Positions 11,940 through 22,443 of a DNA stretch of 64,000 nucleotides are shown here, piece after piece; the stretch's first letter is position 1; every line of letters starts with the position of its first letter. This DNA comes from Escherichia coli (GTDB lineage: Bacteria > Pseudomonadota > Gammaproteobacteria > Enterobacterales > Enterobacteriaceae), in the NCBI RefSeq assembly GCF_030013205.1, contig NZ_CP122648.1; one strand, 5' to 3'. Under the pieces are notes generated by a model, which worked only from the letters and a program-made list of their open reading frames with translations, did not search any database and was not told the origin of the DNA. A program made the translations under genes and the position numbers.

Positions 11940-12686
11940 GTGACCAAACTCAAACTTCTGGCACTTGGAGTGCTTATCGCAACGTCTGCAGGCGTAGCGC
12001 ACGCTGAAGGTAAATTTTCCCTGGGCGCAGGCGTAGGTGTCGTTGAACACCCATATAAAGATTACGATACCGATGTTTACCCAGTACCGGTAATCAACTA
12101 TGAAGGCGATAACTTCTGGTTCCGTGGCTTAGGTGGTGGTTACTACCTGTGGAATGACGCAACGGACAAACTTTCAATTACCGCTTATTGGTCGCCGCTT
12201 TACTTCAAAGCGAAAGACAGTGGCGATCACCAAATGCGTCACCTGGATGACCGTAAGAGCACCATGATGGCTGGTCTGTCTTATGCTCACTTTACCCAGT
12301 ACGGTTACCTGCGTACCACCCTGGCTGGCGATACCCTGGATAACAGCAACGGCATCGTCTGGGATATGGCCTGGTTGTATCGTTACACCAACGGTGGACT
12401 GACCGTGACTCCGGGTATTGGTGTGCAGTGGAACAGCGAAAACCAGAACGAATACTATTATGGCGTATCGCGCAAAGAGTCCGCTCGCAGCGGTCTGCGT
12501 GGCTATAACCCGAACGACAGCTGGAGCCCTTACCTGGAGCTGAGCGCCAGCTACAATTTCCTCGGCGACTGGAGTGTTTACGGTACCGCGCGCTACACCC
12601 GTCTGTCTGATGAAGTTACTGACAGCCCAATGGTGGATAAATCCTGGACTGGCCTGATTTCTACCGGTATCACCTACAAATTCTGA
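11940..12686 (+). CDS. mipA: MltA-interacting outer membrane protein MipA (YeaF), 248 aa
   Basis: ORF 11940..12686 starting at GTG; signal peptide ending AHA; beta-barrel-like ending in aromatic residue. Confidence 0.9.
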   Translation: MTKLKLLALGVLIATSAGVAHAEGKFSLGAGVGVVEHPYKDYDTDVYPVPVINYEGDNFWFRGLGGGYYLWNDATDKLSITAYWSPLYFKAKDSGDHQMRHLDDRKSTMMAGLSYAHFTQYGYLRTTLAGDTLDNSNGIVWDMAWLYRYTNGGLTVTPGIGVQWNSENQNEYYYGVSRKESARSGLRGYNPNDSWSPYLELSASYNFLGDWSVYGTARYTRLSDEVTDSPMVDKSWTGLISTGITYKF

Positions 12687-12716
12687 TAATGCATCTTTCC
12701 AGGGCATTTTGTGCAT

Positions 12717-12744
12717 AAAAACAGGGCGTCATGCCCTGTTTTGC
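12717..12744 (+). terminator. Rho-independent terminator downstream of mipA
   Basis: Stem ACAGGGC-GTCAT-GCCCTGT followed by TTTTG. Confidence 0.7.
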
Positions 12745-12775
12745 ATTACGGTGGTGCAATACCTGGGAGGAAACA

Positions 12776-13630
12776 ATGCAACAAAAAATGATTCAATTTA
12801 GTGGCGATGTCTCACTGCCAGCCATAGGGCAGGGAACATGGTATATGGGCGAAGATGCCAGTCAGCGTAAAACAGAAGTTGCTGCACTACGCGCGGGCAT
12901 TGAGCTCGGTTTAACCCTCATTGATACCGCCGAAATGTATGCTGATGGCGGTGCCGAAATGGTGGTTGGGGAAGCATTAACCGGCCTGCGTGAGAACGTC
13001 TTTCTCGTCTCTAAAGTCTATCCGTGGAATGCTGGCGGGCAAAAAGCGATAAAAGCATGCGAAGCCAGTTTACGCCGTCTCAATACTGATTATCTCGATC
13101 TCTACTTATTACACTGGTCTGGCAGTTTCGCTTTTGAAGAGACTGTCGCAGCGATGGAAAAATTGATCGCCGGGGGAAAAATCCGCCGCTGGGGCGTTTC
13201 TAACCTTGATTATGCCGATATGCAGGAACTCTGGCAGCTGCCGGGGGGAAATCAGTGTGCCACTAATCAGGTGCTTTACCATCTCGGTTCACGAGGGATT
13301 GAGTGCGATCTACTTCCCTGGTGCCAGCAACAGCAGATGCCGGTGATGGCTTACAGTCCGTTAGCCCAGGCCGGGCGGTTGCGCAATGGGCTGTTAAAAA
13401 ACGCGGTAGTCAACGAAATTGCACATGCTCACAATATCAGCGCGGCACAAGTATTGTTGGCGTGGGTGATCAGTCATCAGGGTGTGATGGCGATTCCAAA
13501 AGCGGCCACGATTGCCCATGTCCAACAAAATGCGGCTGTGCTTGAGGTTGAACTTTCGTCAGCGGAATTAGCTATGCTGGATAAGGCATATCCGGCACCA
13601 AAAGAAAAAACTGCGCTGGATATGGTGTGA
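12776..13630 (+). CDS. yeaE: Aldo-keto reductase YeaE, 284 aa
   Basis: ORF 12731..13630 trimmed to ATG 12776 (MQQKMIQF...) preceded by GGGAGG. Confidence 0.85.
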   Translation: MQQKMIQFSGDVSLPAIGQGTWYMGEDASQRKTEVAALRAGIELGLTLIDTAEMYADGGAEMVVGEALTGLRENVFLVSKVYPWNAGGQKAIKACEASLRRLNTDYLDLYLLHWSGSFAFEETVAAMEKLIAGGKIRRWGVSNLDYADMQELWQLPGGNQCATNQVLYHLGSRGIECDLLPWCQQQQMPVMAYSPLAQAGRLRNGLLKNAVVNEIAHAHNISAAQVLLAWVISHQGVMAIPKAATIAHVQQNAAVLEVELSSAELAMLDKAYPAPKEKTALDMV

Positions 13631-13639
13631 TGTTGATAC

Positions 13640-13664
13640 GTGCCGGATGCATCGCACCCGGCAC
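13640..13664. repeat. REP-like palindromic unit between convergent yeaE and yeaD
   Basis: GTGCCGGATGCATCGCACCCGGCAC imperfect palindrome. Confidence 0.5.
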
Positions 13665-13680
13665 ACAACATTAACGCAAA

Positions 13681-14565
13681 TTAACGTTTCGCAACGCGAA
13701 TGGATTGCGCCAGATGTGCAGGTTTCTCTTTGGTGACTTTTTGCGTTTCTGAAGCGTAAGCCGTTTCTACACAAACAAAGGTTTTGTAGCCATCGTCCGG
13801 CATATCGCCCATGCTAACTGAAAGCGCCGGTCCTGGGTTCCAGCCAACGACGTTCAGATGATGCTGGTGGCCTACGGCGATAATACGATTCAACGCTTCG
13901 TCATTAATCACGCTGCAATCTTGCGGATTCAGATACACGCGATCGGTACGGTCAGGGAAGGTCTGAATACCGTCGGTCAGTACATCTTCTTTCGCGTCAT
14001 TCACTTTATCAATGAAGCGATCGCCCAGCCCACTGACGCTTACCTTAGCGATATCACCCACGTTAAAGTAGTTATGCAGGGCAGAAGTGGTTTCAAATTC
14101 GCCGTGTGCTTCAAGATCGATTTCACAGGTTTTACCCACGCGGAAATGCGCTAACAGCGTAAAGTCGTGCGGCCAGAATTTTTTCGTCTCTTCGCTTTGT
14201 GTCAATTCAAAAGTCAGCGCTACGCCATCAGCATCTTCACGATGTGATTTCAGCGTCCACGGCAGGTTGCGGGCAAAACCGTGCGCAGGCAGACCTTGTT
14301 GTGCAGCCGGACCAAACCACGGCCAGCAAACCGGTACGCCACCGCGAATAGCGACGCCATTTTTGAACGGTGTGTTATTGCTCAACCACAGAACTTCTTC
14401 TTCACCCGCAGGTTTCCACGAGAGAAGGTGTGCGCCCTGTAATGCAAAAGAGGCTTTTACCTGGGGATGATCGACCACAATGAGGTCCAGTTCATCCAGT
14501 TTACGACGGGAGAGGACAGGGGAGATTTGTTCGATGACCGGAAGGGCAAAAATTTTCTTAATCAT
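13681..14565 (-). CDS. yeaD: Glucose-6-phosphate 1-epimerase YeaD, 294 aa
   Basis: ORF 13681..14586 trimmed to ATG at 14565 (MIKKIFALPV...). Confidence 0.85.
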   Translation of the reverse strand: MIKKIFALPVIEQISPVLSRRKLDELDLIVVDHPQVKASFALQGAHLLSWKPAGEEEVLWLSNNTPFKNGVAIRGGVPVCWPWFGPAAQQGLPAHGFARNLPWTLKSHREDADGVALTFELTQSEETKKFWPHDFTLLAHFRVGKTCEIDLEAHGEFETTSALHNYFNVGDIAKVSVSGLGDRFIDKVNDAKEDVLTDGIQTFPDRTDRVYLNPQDCSVINDEALNRIIAVGHQHHLNVVGWNPGPALSVSMGDMPDDGYKTFVCVETAYASETQKVTKEKPAHLAQSIRVAKR

Positions 14566-14596
14566 GACGCAGTCCTTTAACTTCATTTTATCAGGT

Positions 14597-14627
14597 AAAA
14601 AAAAGAGCGACCGAAGTCGCTCTTTTT
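14597..14627 (-). terminator. Bidirectional hairpin terminator downstream of gapA
   Basis: A8 - GAGCGAC CGAA GTCGCTC - T5; on the minus strand the stem is followed by a T8 run. Confidence 0.7.
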
Positions 14628-14648
14628 AGATCACAGTGTCATCTCAAC

Positions 14649-15656
<1,008 letters not shown>

Positions 15657-15985
15657 CTATTTGTTAGTGAATAAAAGGTTGCCTGTAAAATTACAAAAAC
15701 CTTACGCAGCGTCAAGCGGAATCGTGTCAATCATTGCGACAAATCAATCCTGTGCCTAAGCATTACGCGACTGACTCGCCTCACTCTTCCTTTGGGCTTG
15801 AGACCACATGGGGTCGGCGTCCCGAATTTTAAAGGGCAATTACGATAAAAATGTGATTTTCATCACGATTTAGGTGCAGCCATTTCATCGAGATCAAGTT
15901 TAGGACAAAATTTTGCCAGTTGGTGTTAATGTTTTGTTAGAATCAGTCACGTAATGTGAGCACGATTAAAGTGAGATGTGAGCAA

Positions 15986-16399
15986 ATGGCTAATAAACCT
16001 TCGGCAGAAGAACTGAAAAAAAATTTGTCCGAGATGCAGTTCTACGTGACGCAGAATCATGGGACAGAGCCGCCATTTACGGGTCGTTTACTGCATAACA
16101 AGCGTGACGGCGTATATCACTGTTTGATCTGCGATGCCCCGCTGTTTCATTCCCAAACCAAGTATGATTCCGGCTGTGGCTGGCCCAGTTTCTACGAACC
16201 GGTGAGTGAAGAATCCATTCGTTATATCAAAGACTTGTCACATGGAATGCAGCGCATAGAAATTCGTTGCGGTAACTGTGATGCCCATCTGGGGCATGTC
16301 TTCCCCGACGGGCCGCAGCCAACGGGTGAACGTTATTGTGTTAACTCAGCCTCTTTACGCTTTACCGATGGCGAAAACGGCGAAGAAATCAACGGTTGA
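15986..16399 (+). CDS. msrB: Peptide methionine sulfoxide reductase MsrB (YeaA), 137 aa
   Basis: ORF 15956..16399 trimmed to ATG 15986 ([10 protein letters not shown]...); two CxxC zinc motifs and catalytic RYCVNS. Confidence 0.9.
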
Positions 16400-16440
16400 A
16401 AAAACGATTCAGCAACTTATTCCACAGGAGCGGAAAAATT

Positions 16441-16713
16441 ATGAATCTTGATGACATTATCAACAGCATGACGCTTGAGGTATACCAGCGTTTGTCGACC
16501 GCCGTTGAATTGGGCAAATGGCCTGATGGCGTTGCGTTGACCGAGGAACAAAAAGAGAACTGCCTGCAACTGGTGATGCTGTGGCAAGCCCGCAATAATA
16601 CCGAAGCACAGCATATGACAATTGACACAAATGGTCAGATGGTCATGAAGAGCAAACAACAGTTAAAAGAAGATTTTGGTATCTCAGCAAAGGCTATTGC
16701 CATGTTTAAGTAA
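16441..16713 (+). CDS. yeaC: DUF1315 protein YeaC, 90 aa
   Basis: ORF 16396..16713 trimmed to ATG 16441 (MNLDDIINSM...). Confidence 0.8.
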   Translation: MNLDDIINSMTLEVYQRLSTAVELGKWPDGVALTEEQKENCLQLVMLWQARNNTEAQHMTIDTNGQMVMKSKQQLKEDFGISAKAIAMFK

Positions 16714-16935
16714 GTGGTTTGTCCCCTTTTTGCCGCGGTTATAAAGGGGATAGCCAACAATAACCCCACGACTCATCTCAATTATCTCGTCACGACCAGG
16801 CTAAGTCCCAGCCCGGTCTCTTGCAGTCGCGTTCACGCCTGAATGACTTCTCCTGAACTTAAGTCTCAGACCTATTTGGCCGGTAATCCCTCTCAAATTT
16901 GCTCATTTTGCGTTCCGCCTTCCATCAACCTGTAA

Positions 16936-17007
16936 CAGATCCAGCCATTTTCTGTGTAATTGTGATCTGAGTTGTAAAACGCAGATCATTATCTGTGTTC
17001 TACAGAT
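16936..17007. promoter_or_regulatory. Array of GATCTG/CAGATC half-sites (two adjacent palindromes) upstream of ydjL; candidate operator
   Basis: CAGATC 16936-16941; TGATCTG 16963-16969 paired with CAGATCA 16982-16988; ATCTGT 16991-16996 paired with ACAGAT 17002-17007. Confidence 0.35.
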
Positions 17008-17012
17008 TTAAT

Positions 17013-17044
17013 GTTGACCTCAAAAATCATGTGGGTAAGTATGA
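17013..17044 (+). promoter_or_regulatory. Candidate sigma70 promoter of the ydjL operon
   Basis: TTGACC at 17013-17018 with AAGTAT/TATGAT -10-like hexamers 17-21 bp downstream; about 40 bp upstream of the ydjL ATG. Confidence 0.3.
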
Positions 17045-17082
17045 TGACCATCTAAGCAAAACAAAACACAGAGGATGACGCA

Positions 17083-18159
17083 ATGAAAGCACTGGCTCGG
17101 TTTGGCAAAGCCTTTGGCGGCTACAAGATGATCGATGTCCCACAACCCATTTGTGGCCCGGAAGATGTAGTGATTGAAATTAAAGCCGCGGCAATCTGCG
17201 GCGCAGACATGAAGCACTACAATGTCGATAGCGGTTCTGATGAGTTTAACTCTATCCGCGGCCATGAGTTCGCAGGTTGTATTGCGCAGGTTGGTGAAAA
17301 AGTCAAAGACTGGAAAGTGGGGCAACGCGTCGTGTCGGATAACAGCGGTCACGTCTGCGGCGTTTGTCCGGCCTGTGAACAAGGTGATTTTCTGTGTTGT
17401 ACAGAAAAAGTAAACCTTGGTCTGGATAACAATACCTGGGGCGGTGGTTTTTCCAAATATTGTCTGGTTCCTGGTGAAATTCTCAAAATTCATCGTCATG
17501 CGTTGTGGGAAATCCCTGATGGTGTTGATTATGAGGACGCAGCCGTACTTGACCCTATCTGTAATGCCTACAAATCCATCGCGCAGCAATCGAAATTCCT
17601 TCCTGGTCAGGATGTGGTCGTCATCGGCACTGGCCCACTCGGGCTGTTCTCCGTACAAATGGCGCGGATTATGGGGGCGGTAAATATCGTCGTCGTTGGT
17701 CTGCAAGAAGATGTGGCGGTCCGCTTTCCGGTTGCAAAAGAACTGGGTGCGACGACTGTAGTAAATGGTTCTACCGAAGATGTGGTGGCGCGCTGCCAGC
17801 AAATTTGTGGCAAAGACAATCTGGGACTGGTGATTGAATGCTCCGGTGCCAATATCGCACTGAAACAAGCCATCGAAATGCTCCGTCCGAACGGGGAAGT
17901 GGTACGCGTTGGAATGGGCTTCAAACCTCTTGATTTCTCGATTAATGACATTACCGCCTGGAACAAAAGCATCATTGGGCATATGGCCTATGACTCCACC
18001 TCATGGCGTAACGCTCTCCGGCTATTAGCCAGCGGCGCTATCAACGTCAAACCGATGATCACGCATCGTATCGGCCTGTCGCAATGGCGCGAAGGGTTTG
18101 ATGCGATGGTCGATAAAACCGCAATCAAAGTGATCATGACTTACGACTTTGATGAATAA
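17083..18159 (+). CDS. ydjL: Zn-dependent MDR-family alcohol/polyol dehydrogenase YdjL, 358 aa
   Basis: ORF 17083..18159. Confidence 0.85.
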   Translation: MKALARFGKAFGGYKMIDVPQPICGPEDVVIEIKAAAICGADMKHYNVDSGSDEFNSIRGHEFAGCIAQVGEKVKDWKVGQRVVSDNSGHVCGVCPACEQGDFLCCTEKVNLGLDNNTWGGGFSKYCLVPGEILKIHRHALWEIPDGVDYEDAAVLDPICNAYKSIAQQSKFLPGQDVVVIGTGPLGLFSVQMARIMGAVNIVVVGLQEDVAVRFPVAKELGATTVVNGSTEDVVARCQQICGKDNLGLVIECSGANIALKQAIEMLRPNGEVVRVGMGFKPLDFSINDITAWNKSIIGHMAYDSTSWRNALRLLASGAINVKPMITHRIGLSQWREGFDAMVDKTAIKVIMTYDFDE

Positions 18160-18185
18160 CTACTCTCCTGAAGGAACGTTATCGC

Positions 18186-19565
18186 ATGGAACAGATAACA
18201 AAACCGCATTGTGGTGCACGGCTGGATCGCTTACCGGATTGCCGCTGGCATTCGTCAATGTTTGCTATCGTCGCGTTTGGCTTGCTTGTCTGCTGGAGTA
18301 ATGCCGTTGGTGGCTTGATCCTCGCGCAGCTGAAAGAGTTGGGCTGGACAGATAATTCCACCACTGCCACATTCTCAGCAATCACGACCGCCGGAATGTT
18401 TCTCGGTGCGCTGGTGGGCGGCATCATCGGTGACAAAACCGGTCGCAGAAATGCGTTCATCCTCTATGAGGCCATTCATATTGCCTCGATGGTGGTCGGT
18501 GCTTTTTCACCGAATATGGATTTCCTTATTGCCTGCCGTTTTGTGATGGGCGTTGGGCTGGGAGCTTTACTGGTGACGCTGTTTGCTGGTTTCACCGAAT
18601 ATATGCCCGGTAGAAATCGCGGAACGTGGTCCAGTCGGGTTTCCTTTATTGGCAACTGGTCATATCCGCTCTGTTCATTGATTGCGATGGGACTCACGCC
18701 GCTGATTAGTGCAGAGTGGAACTGGCGAGTACAACTGCTTATCCCTGCAATATTGTCGCTTATCGCTACGGCGCTGGCCTGGCGCTACTTTCCTGAATCC
18801 CCGCGCTGGCTGGAATCGCGCGGACGGTATCAGGAAGCCGAGAAAGTCATGCGGAGTATAGAAGAAGGCGTCATACGCCAGACGGGAAAACCTTTGCCGC
18901 CCGTGGTTATTGCTGATGACGGTAAAGCGCCACAAGCGGTGCCGTATTCAGCCTTACTGACAGGAGTATTACTGAAACGCGTGATATTAGGTTCTTGTGT
19001 GCTGATTGCCATGAACGTTGTGCAGTACACACTAATTAACTGGTTGCCAACGATATTCATGACCCAGGGGATTAATTTAAAAGACTCGATTGTTTTAAAT
19101 ACCATGAGTATGTTTGGCGCGCCATTTGGTATTTTTATTGCCATGCTGGTGATGGATAAAATTCCGCGTAAAACAATGGGTGTGGGGCTATTAATCCTGA
19201 TTGCGGTGCTCGGATATATCTATTCACTGCAAACCAGTATGTTGCTCATAACGCTGATTGGTTTCTTCCTGATTACTTTCGTCTATATGTACGTTTGCTA
19301 TGCCTCGGCAGTGTATGTCCCTGAGATCTGGCCGACAGAGGCCAAATTACGTGGCTCCGGTCTGGCGAATGCAGTAGGGCGAATCAGTGGTATTGCCGCA
19401 CCTTATGCCGTTGCAGTGCTGCTCAGTAGTTATGGCGTAACGGGAGTCTTTATTCTTCTGGGGGCGGTTTCAATTATTGTCGCAATTGCTATCGCAACCA
19501 TTGGAATTGAAACCAAAGGTGTCTCCGTTGAAAGTTTAAGTATTGATGCAGTAGTCAATAAATAA
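18186..19565 (+). CDS. ydjK: MFS sugar-family transporter YdjK, 459 aa
   Basis: ORF 18186..19565; paralogous to ydjE in this window. Confidence 0.85.
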   Translation: MEQITKPHCGARLDRLPDCRWHSSMFAIVAFGLLVCWSNAVGGLILAQLKELGWTDNSTTATFSAITTAGMFLGALVGGIIGDKTGRRNAFILYEAIHIASMVVGAFSPNMDFLIACRFVMGVGLGALLVTLFAGFTEYMPGRNRGTWSSRVSFIGNWSYPLCSLIAMGLTPLISAEWNWRVQLLIPAILSLIATALAWRYFPESPRWLESRGRYQEAEKVMRSIEEGVIRQTGKPLPPVVIADDGKAPQAVPYSALLTGVLLKRVILGSCVLIAMNVVQYTLINWLPTIFMTQGINLKDSIVLNTMSMFGAPFGIFIAMLVMDKIPRKTMGVGLLILIAVLGYIYSLQTSMLLITLIGFFLITFVYMYVCYASAVYVPEIWPTEAKLRGSGLANAVGRISGIAAPYAVAVLLSSYGVTGVFILLGAVSIIVAIAIATIGIETKGVSVESLSIDAVVNK

Positions 19566-19581
19566 TACTGGTGGATTCAAA

Positions 19582-20625
19582 ATGAAAAATTCAAAAGCAA
19601 TATTGCAGGTGCCGGGCACAATGAAAATTATTTCAGCAGAAATACCTGTGCCTAAAGAAGATGAAGTTTTGATTAAAGTGGAATATGTCGGTATTTGTGG
19701 TTCAGATGTACATGGTTTCGAATCAGGCCCGTTTATTCCGCCTAAAGACCCAAATCAAGAAATTGGCCTGGGTCATGAATGCGCCGGGACGGTTGTGGCT
19801 GTGGGAAGCCGTGTGCGCAAATTTAAAGCGGGGGATCGGGTAAATATCGAACCTGGCGTTCCTTGCGGTCACTGTCGTTACTGTCTGGAAGGCAAATATA
19901 ACATCTGCCCGGACGTTGATTTTATGGCGACACAACCTAACTACCGCGGCGCATTAACGCACTATCTGTGTCATCCGGAGAGCTTTACTTACAAACTGCC
20001 CGACAATATGGACACGATGGAAGGGGCGCTGGTGGAGCCTGCCGCAGTCGGGATGCATGCCGCGATGCTGGCAGATGTTAAACCGGGTAAGAAGATAATT
20101 ATTCTGGGAGCGGGTTGTATTGGTTTGATGACGTTGCAAGCGTGCAAATGCCTGGGAGCTACGGATATTGCCGTCGTTGATGTACTGGAAAAACGTCTGA
20201 CAATGGCGGAACAGCTCGGCGCGACAGTGGTTATTAACGGCGCAAAAGAAGACACTATTGCACGCTGTCAGCAATTTACCGAAGAAATGGGCGCAGATAT
20301 TGTTTTCGAAACAGCGGGTTCTGCGGTCACCGTTAAACAGGCACCTTATCTGGTAATGCGCGGCGGTAAAATTATGATTGTTGGTACTGTACCGGGCGAT
20401 TCGGCAATCAATTTCCTCAAAATCAATCGCGAAGTCACTATCCAGACAGTATTCCGCTATGCCAATCGTTATCCGGTCACGATTGAAGCTATTTCCTCAG
20501 GGCGATTCGATGTGAAATCGATGGTGACACATATTTACGATTATCAGGATGTACAACAGGCATTTGAAGAGTCGGTTAACAACAAACGCGACATTATTAA
20601 AGGCGTTATTAAAATTGGCGATTAA
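19582..20625 (+). CDS. ydjJ: Zn-dependent MDR-family dehydrogenase YdjJ, 347 aa
   Basis: ORF 19582..20625; GHECAG zinc motif; Rossmann GAGCIG. Confidence 0.85.
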   Translation: MKNSKAILQVPGTMKIISAEIPVPKEDEVLIKVEYVGICGSDVHGFESGPFIPPKDPNQEIGLGHECAGTVVAVGSRVRKFKAGDRVNIEPGVPCGHCRYCLEGKYNICPDVDFMATQPNYRGALTHYLCHPESFTYKLPDNMDTMEGALVEPAAVGMHAAMLADVKPGKKIIILGAGCIGLMTLQACKCLGATDIAVVDVLEKRLTMAEQLGATVVINGAKEDTIARCQQFTEEMGADIVFETAGSAVTVKQAPYLVMRGGKIMIVGTVPGDSAINFLKINREVTIQTVFRYANRYPVTIEAISSGRFDVKSMVTHIYDYQDVQQAFEESVNNKRDIIKGVIKIGD

Positions 20626-20645
20626 TTAATACGGGAGAACAGAAT

Positions 20646-21482
20646 ATGCTCGCAGATATCAGATATTGGGAAAACGATGCCACAAATAAACATTATGCAA
20701 TTGCCCATTTTAACGTATGGAATGCAGAAATGTTGATGGGTGTTATCGACGCAGCCGAAGAAGCGAAATCACCGGTTATTATTTCTTTTGGTACAGGTTT
20801 TGTCGGGAACACCTCATTTGAAGATTTCTCTCACATGATGGTATCAATGGCAAAAAAAGCAACGGTGCCGGTAATAACTCATTGGGATCATGGTCGGAGT
20901 ATGGAAATTATTCATAACGCCTGGACTCATGGTATGAATTCATTAATGCGTGATGCTTCCGCATTTGATTTCGAAGAAAATATTCGTTTAACCAAAGAGG
21001 CTGTTGATTTCTTCCATCCGCTGGGTATTCCGGTAGAGGCAGAATTAGGGCATGTCGGTAATGAAACCGTTTATGAAGAAGCGCTGGCGGGCTATCACTA
21101 TACCGATCCTGACCAGGCGGCTGAATTTGTTGAACGTACGGGCTGTGACTCATTGGCTGTCGCCATCGGCAACCAGCATGGGGTTTATACGTCAGAGCCA
21201 CAATTGAACTTTGAGGTCGTCAAACGCGTACGCGATGCCGTTTCTGTTCCGCTGGTTTTGCACGGCGCATCGGGGATCAGTGATACCGACATTAAAACTG
21301 CAATTTCGTTGGGTATCGCGAAAATCAACATTCATACGGAGCTCTGTCAGGCCGCAATGGTAGCAGTGAAAGAAAACCAGGATCAGCCTTTCCTGCATTT
21401 AGAACGTGAAGTACGTAAAGCTGTAAAAGAACGGGCATTGGAAAAAATTAAACTGTTCGGTTCTGATGGCAAAGCGGAATAA
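20646..21482 (+). CDS. ydjI: Class II (metal-dependent) aldolase YdjI, 278 aa
   Basis: ORF 20646..21482; FBA/tagatose-bisphosphate aldolase-like. Confidence 0.85.
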   Translation: MLADIRYWENDATNKHYAIAHFNVWNAEMLMGVIDAAEEAKSPVIISFGTGFVGNTSFEDFSHMMVSMAKKATVPVITHWDHGRSMEIIHNAWTHGMNSLMRDASAFDFEENIRLTKEAVDFFHPLGIPVEAELGHVGNETVYEEALAGYHYTDPDQAAEFVERTGCDSLAVAIGNQHGVYTSEPQLNFEVVKRVRDAVSVPLVLHGASGISDTDIKTAISLGIAKINIHTELCQAAMVAVKENQDQPFLHLEREVRKAVKERALEKIKLFGSDGKAE

Positions 21483-21486
21483 TGAT

Positions 21487-22434
21487 ATGGATAATCTCGA
21501 CGTTATTTGTATAGGTGCCGCTATTGTTGATATTCCATTGCAACCGGTCAGTAAAAATATCTTTGATGTGGATTCTTATCCTCTTGAAAGAATCGCAATG
21601 ACCACCGGGGGTGATGCAATAAATGAAGCAACAATTATTTCTCGTCTGGGCCATCGCACAGCATTAATGAGTCGTGTTGGTAAAGATGCCGCAGGACAAT
21701 TTATTCTCGACCATTGCCGCAAAGAGAATATTGATATTCAAAGCCTGAAGCAGGACGTCAGCATAGATACCTCTATTAACGTTGGACTGGTGACGGAGGA
21801 TGGCGAGCGGACGTTTGTCACAAACCGTAACGGCAGTCTGTGGAAATTGAATATTGACGATGTTGATTTTGCGCGGTTTTCTCAGGCGAAATTATTATCA
21901 CTGGCCAGTATTTTCAACAGTCCTCTATTGGATGGTAAAGCGCTAACAGAAATTTTTACGCAAGCTAAAGCCCGGCAGATGATTATCTGTGCCGATATGA
22001 TCAAACCACGGTTGAATGAAACGCTGGATGATATTTGCGAAGCATTGAGTTTTGTCGATTATCTGTTTCCTAATTTTGCCGAGGCAAAATTACTCACCGG
22101 GAAAGAGACATTGGATGAAATTGCTGACTGCTTTCTTGCGTGCGGCGTAAAAACGGTGGTGATTAAAACGGGTAAAGACGGCTGCTTTATCAAGCGTGGT
22201 GACATGACGATGAAGGTGCCGGCGGTCGCAGGAATAACCGCCATCGACACCATTGGCGCGGGCGATAACTTTGCTTCAGGTTTTATTGCGGCACTGTTAG
22301 AAGGCAAAAATCTGCGTGAATGCGCACGCTTTGCCAATGCAACGGCGGCTATCTCGGTTCTAAGCGTCGGTGCCACCACCGGCGTAAAAAACAGAAAGTT
22401 GGTCGAACAATTGCTGGAAGAATACGAAGGATAA
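21487..22434 (+). CDS. ydjH: PfkB/ribokinase-family sugar kinase YdjH, 315 aa
   Basis: ORF 21466..22434 trimmed to ATG 21487 (MDNLDVICIGAAIVD...); C-terminal GAGDNF motif. Confidence 0.85.
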   Translation: MDNLDVICIGAAIVDIPLQPVSKNIFDVDSYPLERIAMTTGGDAINEATIISRLGHRTALMSRVGKDAAGQFILDHCRKENIDIQSLKQDVSIDTSINVGLVTEDGERTFVTNRNGSLWKLNIDDVDFARFSQAKLLSLASIFNSPLLDGKALTEIFTQAKARQMIICADMIKPRLNETLDDICEALSFVDYLFPNFAEAKLLTGKETLDEIADCFLACGVKTVVIKTGKDGCFIKRGDMTMKVPAVAGITAIDTIGAGDNFASGFIAALLEGKNLRECARFANATAAISVLSVGATTGVKNRKLVEQLLEEYEG

Positions 22435-22443
22435 TGAAGGCAA

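Noticed and set aside
17020-17982. 320-aa minus-strand ORF antisense to ydjL (similar cases: 12174..12716 in mipA, 10005..10358 in yeaG, 40169..40507 in ynjC, 53011..53499 in spy)
   Set aside because: Fully nested in the opposite strand of well-supported genes with no independent signals (no RBS or promoter logic, no domain resemblance)
18412-18419. Chi site GCTGGTGG inside ydjK (other copies occur elsewhere on both strands)
   Set aside because: Chi octamers occur at about this density throughout E. coli core genes; not a distinctive feature of this window
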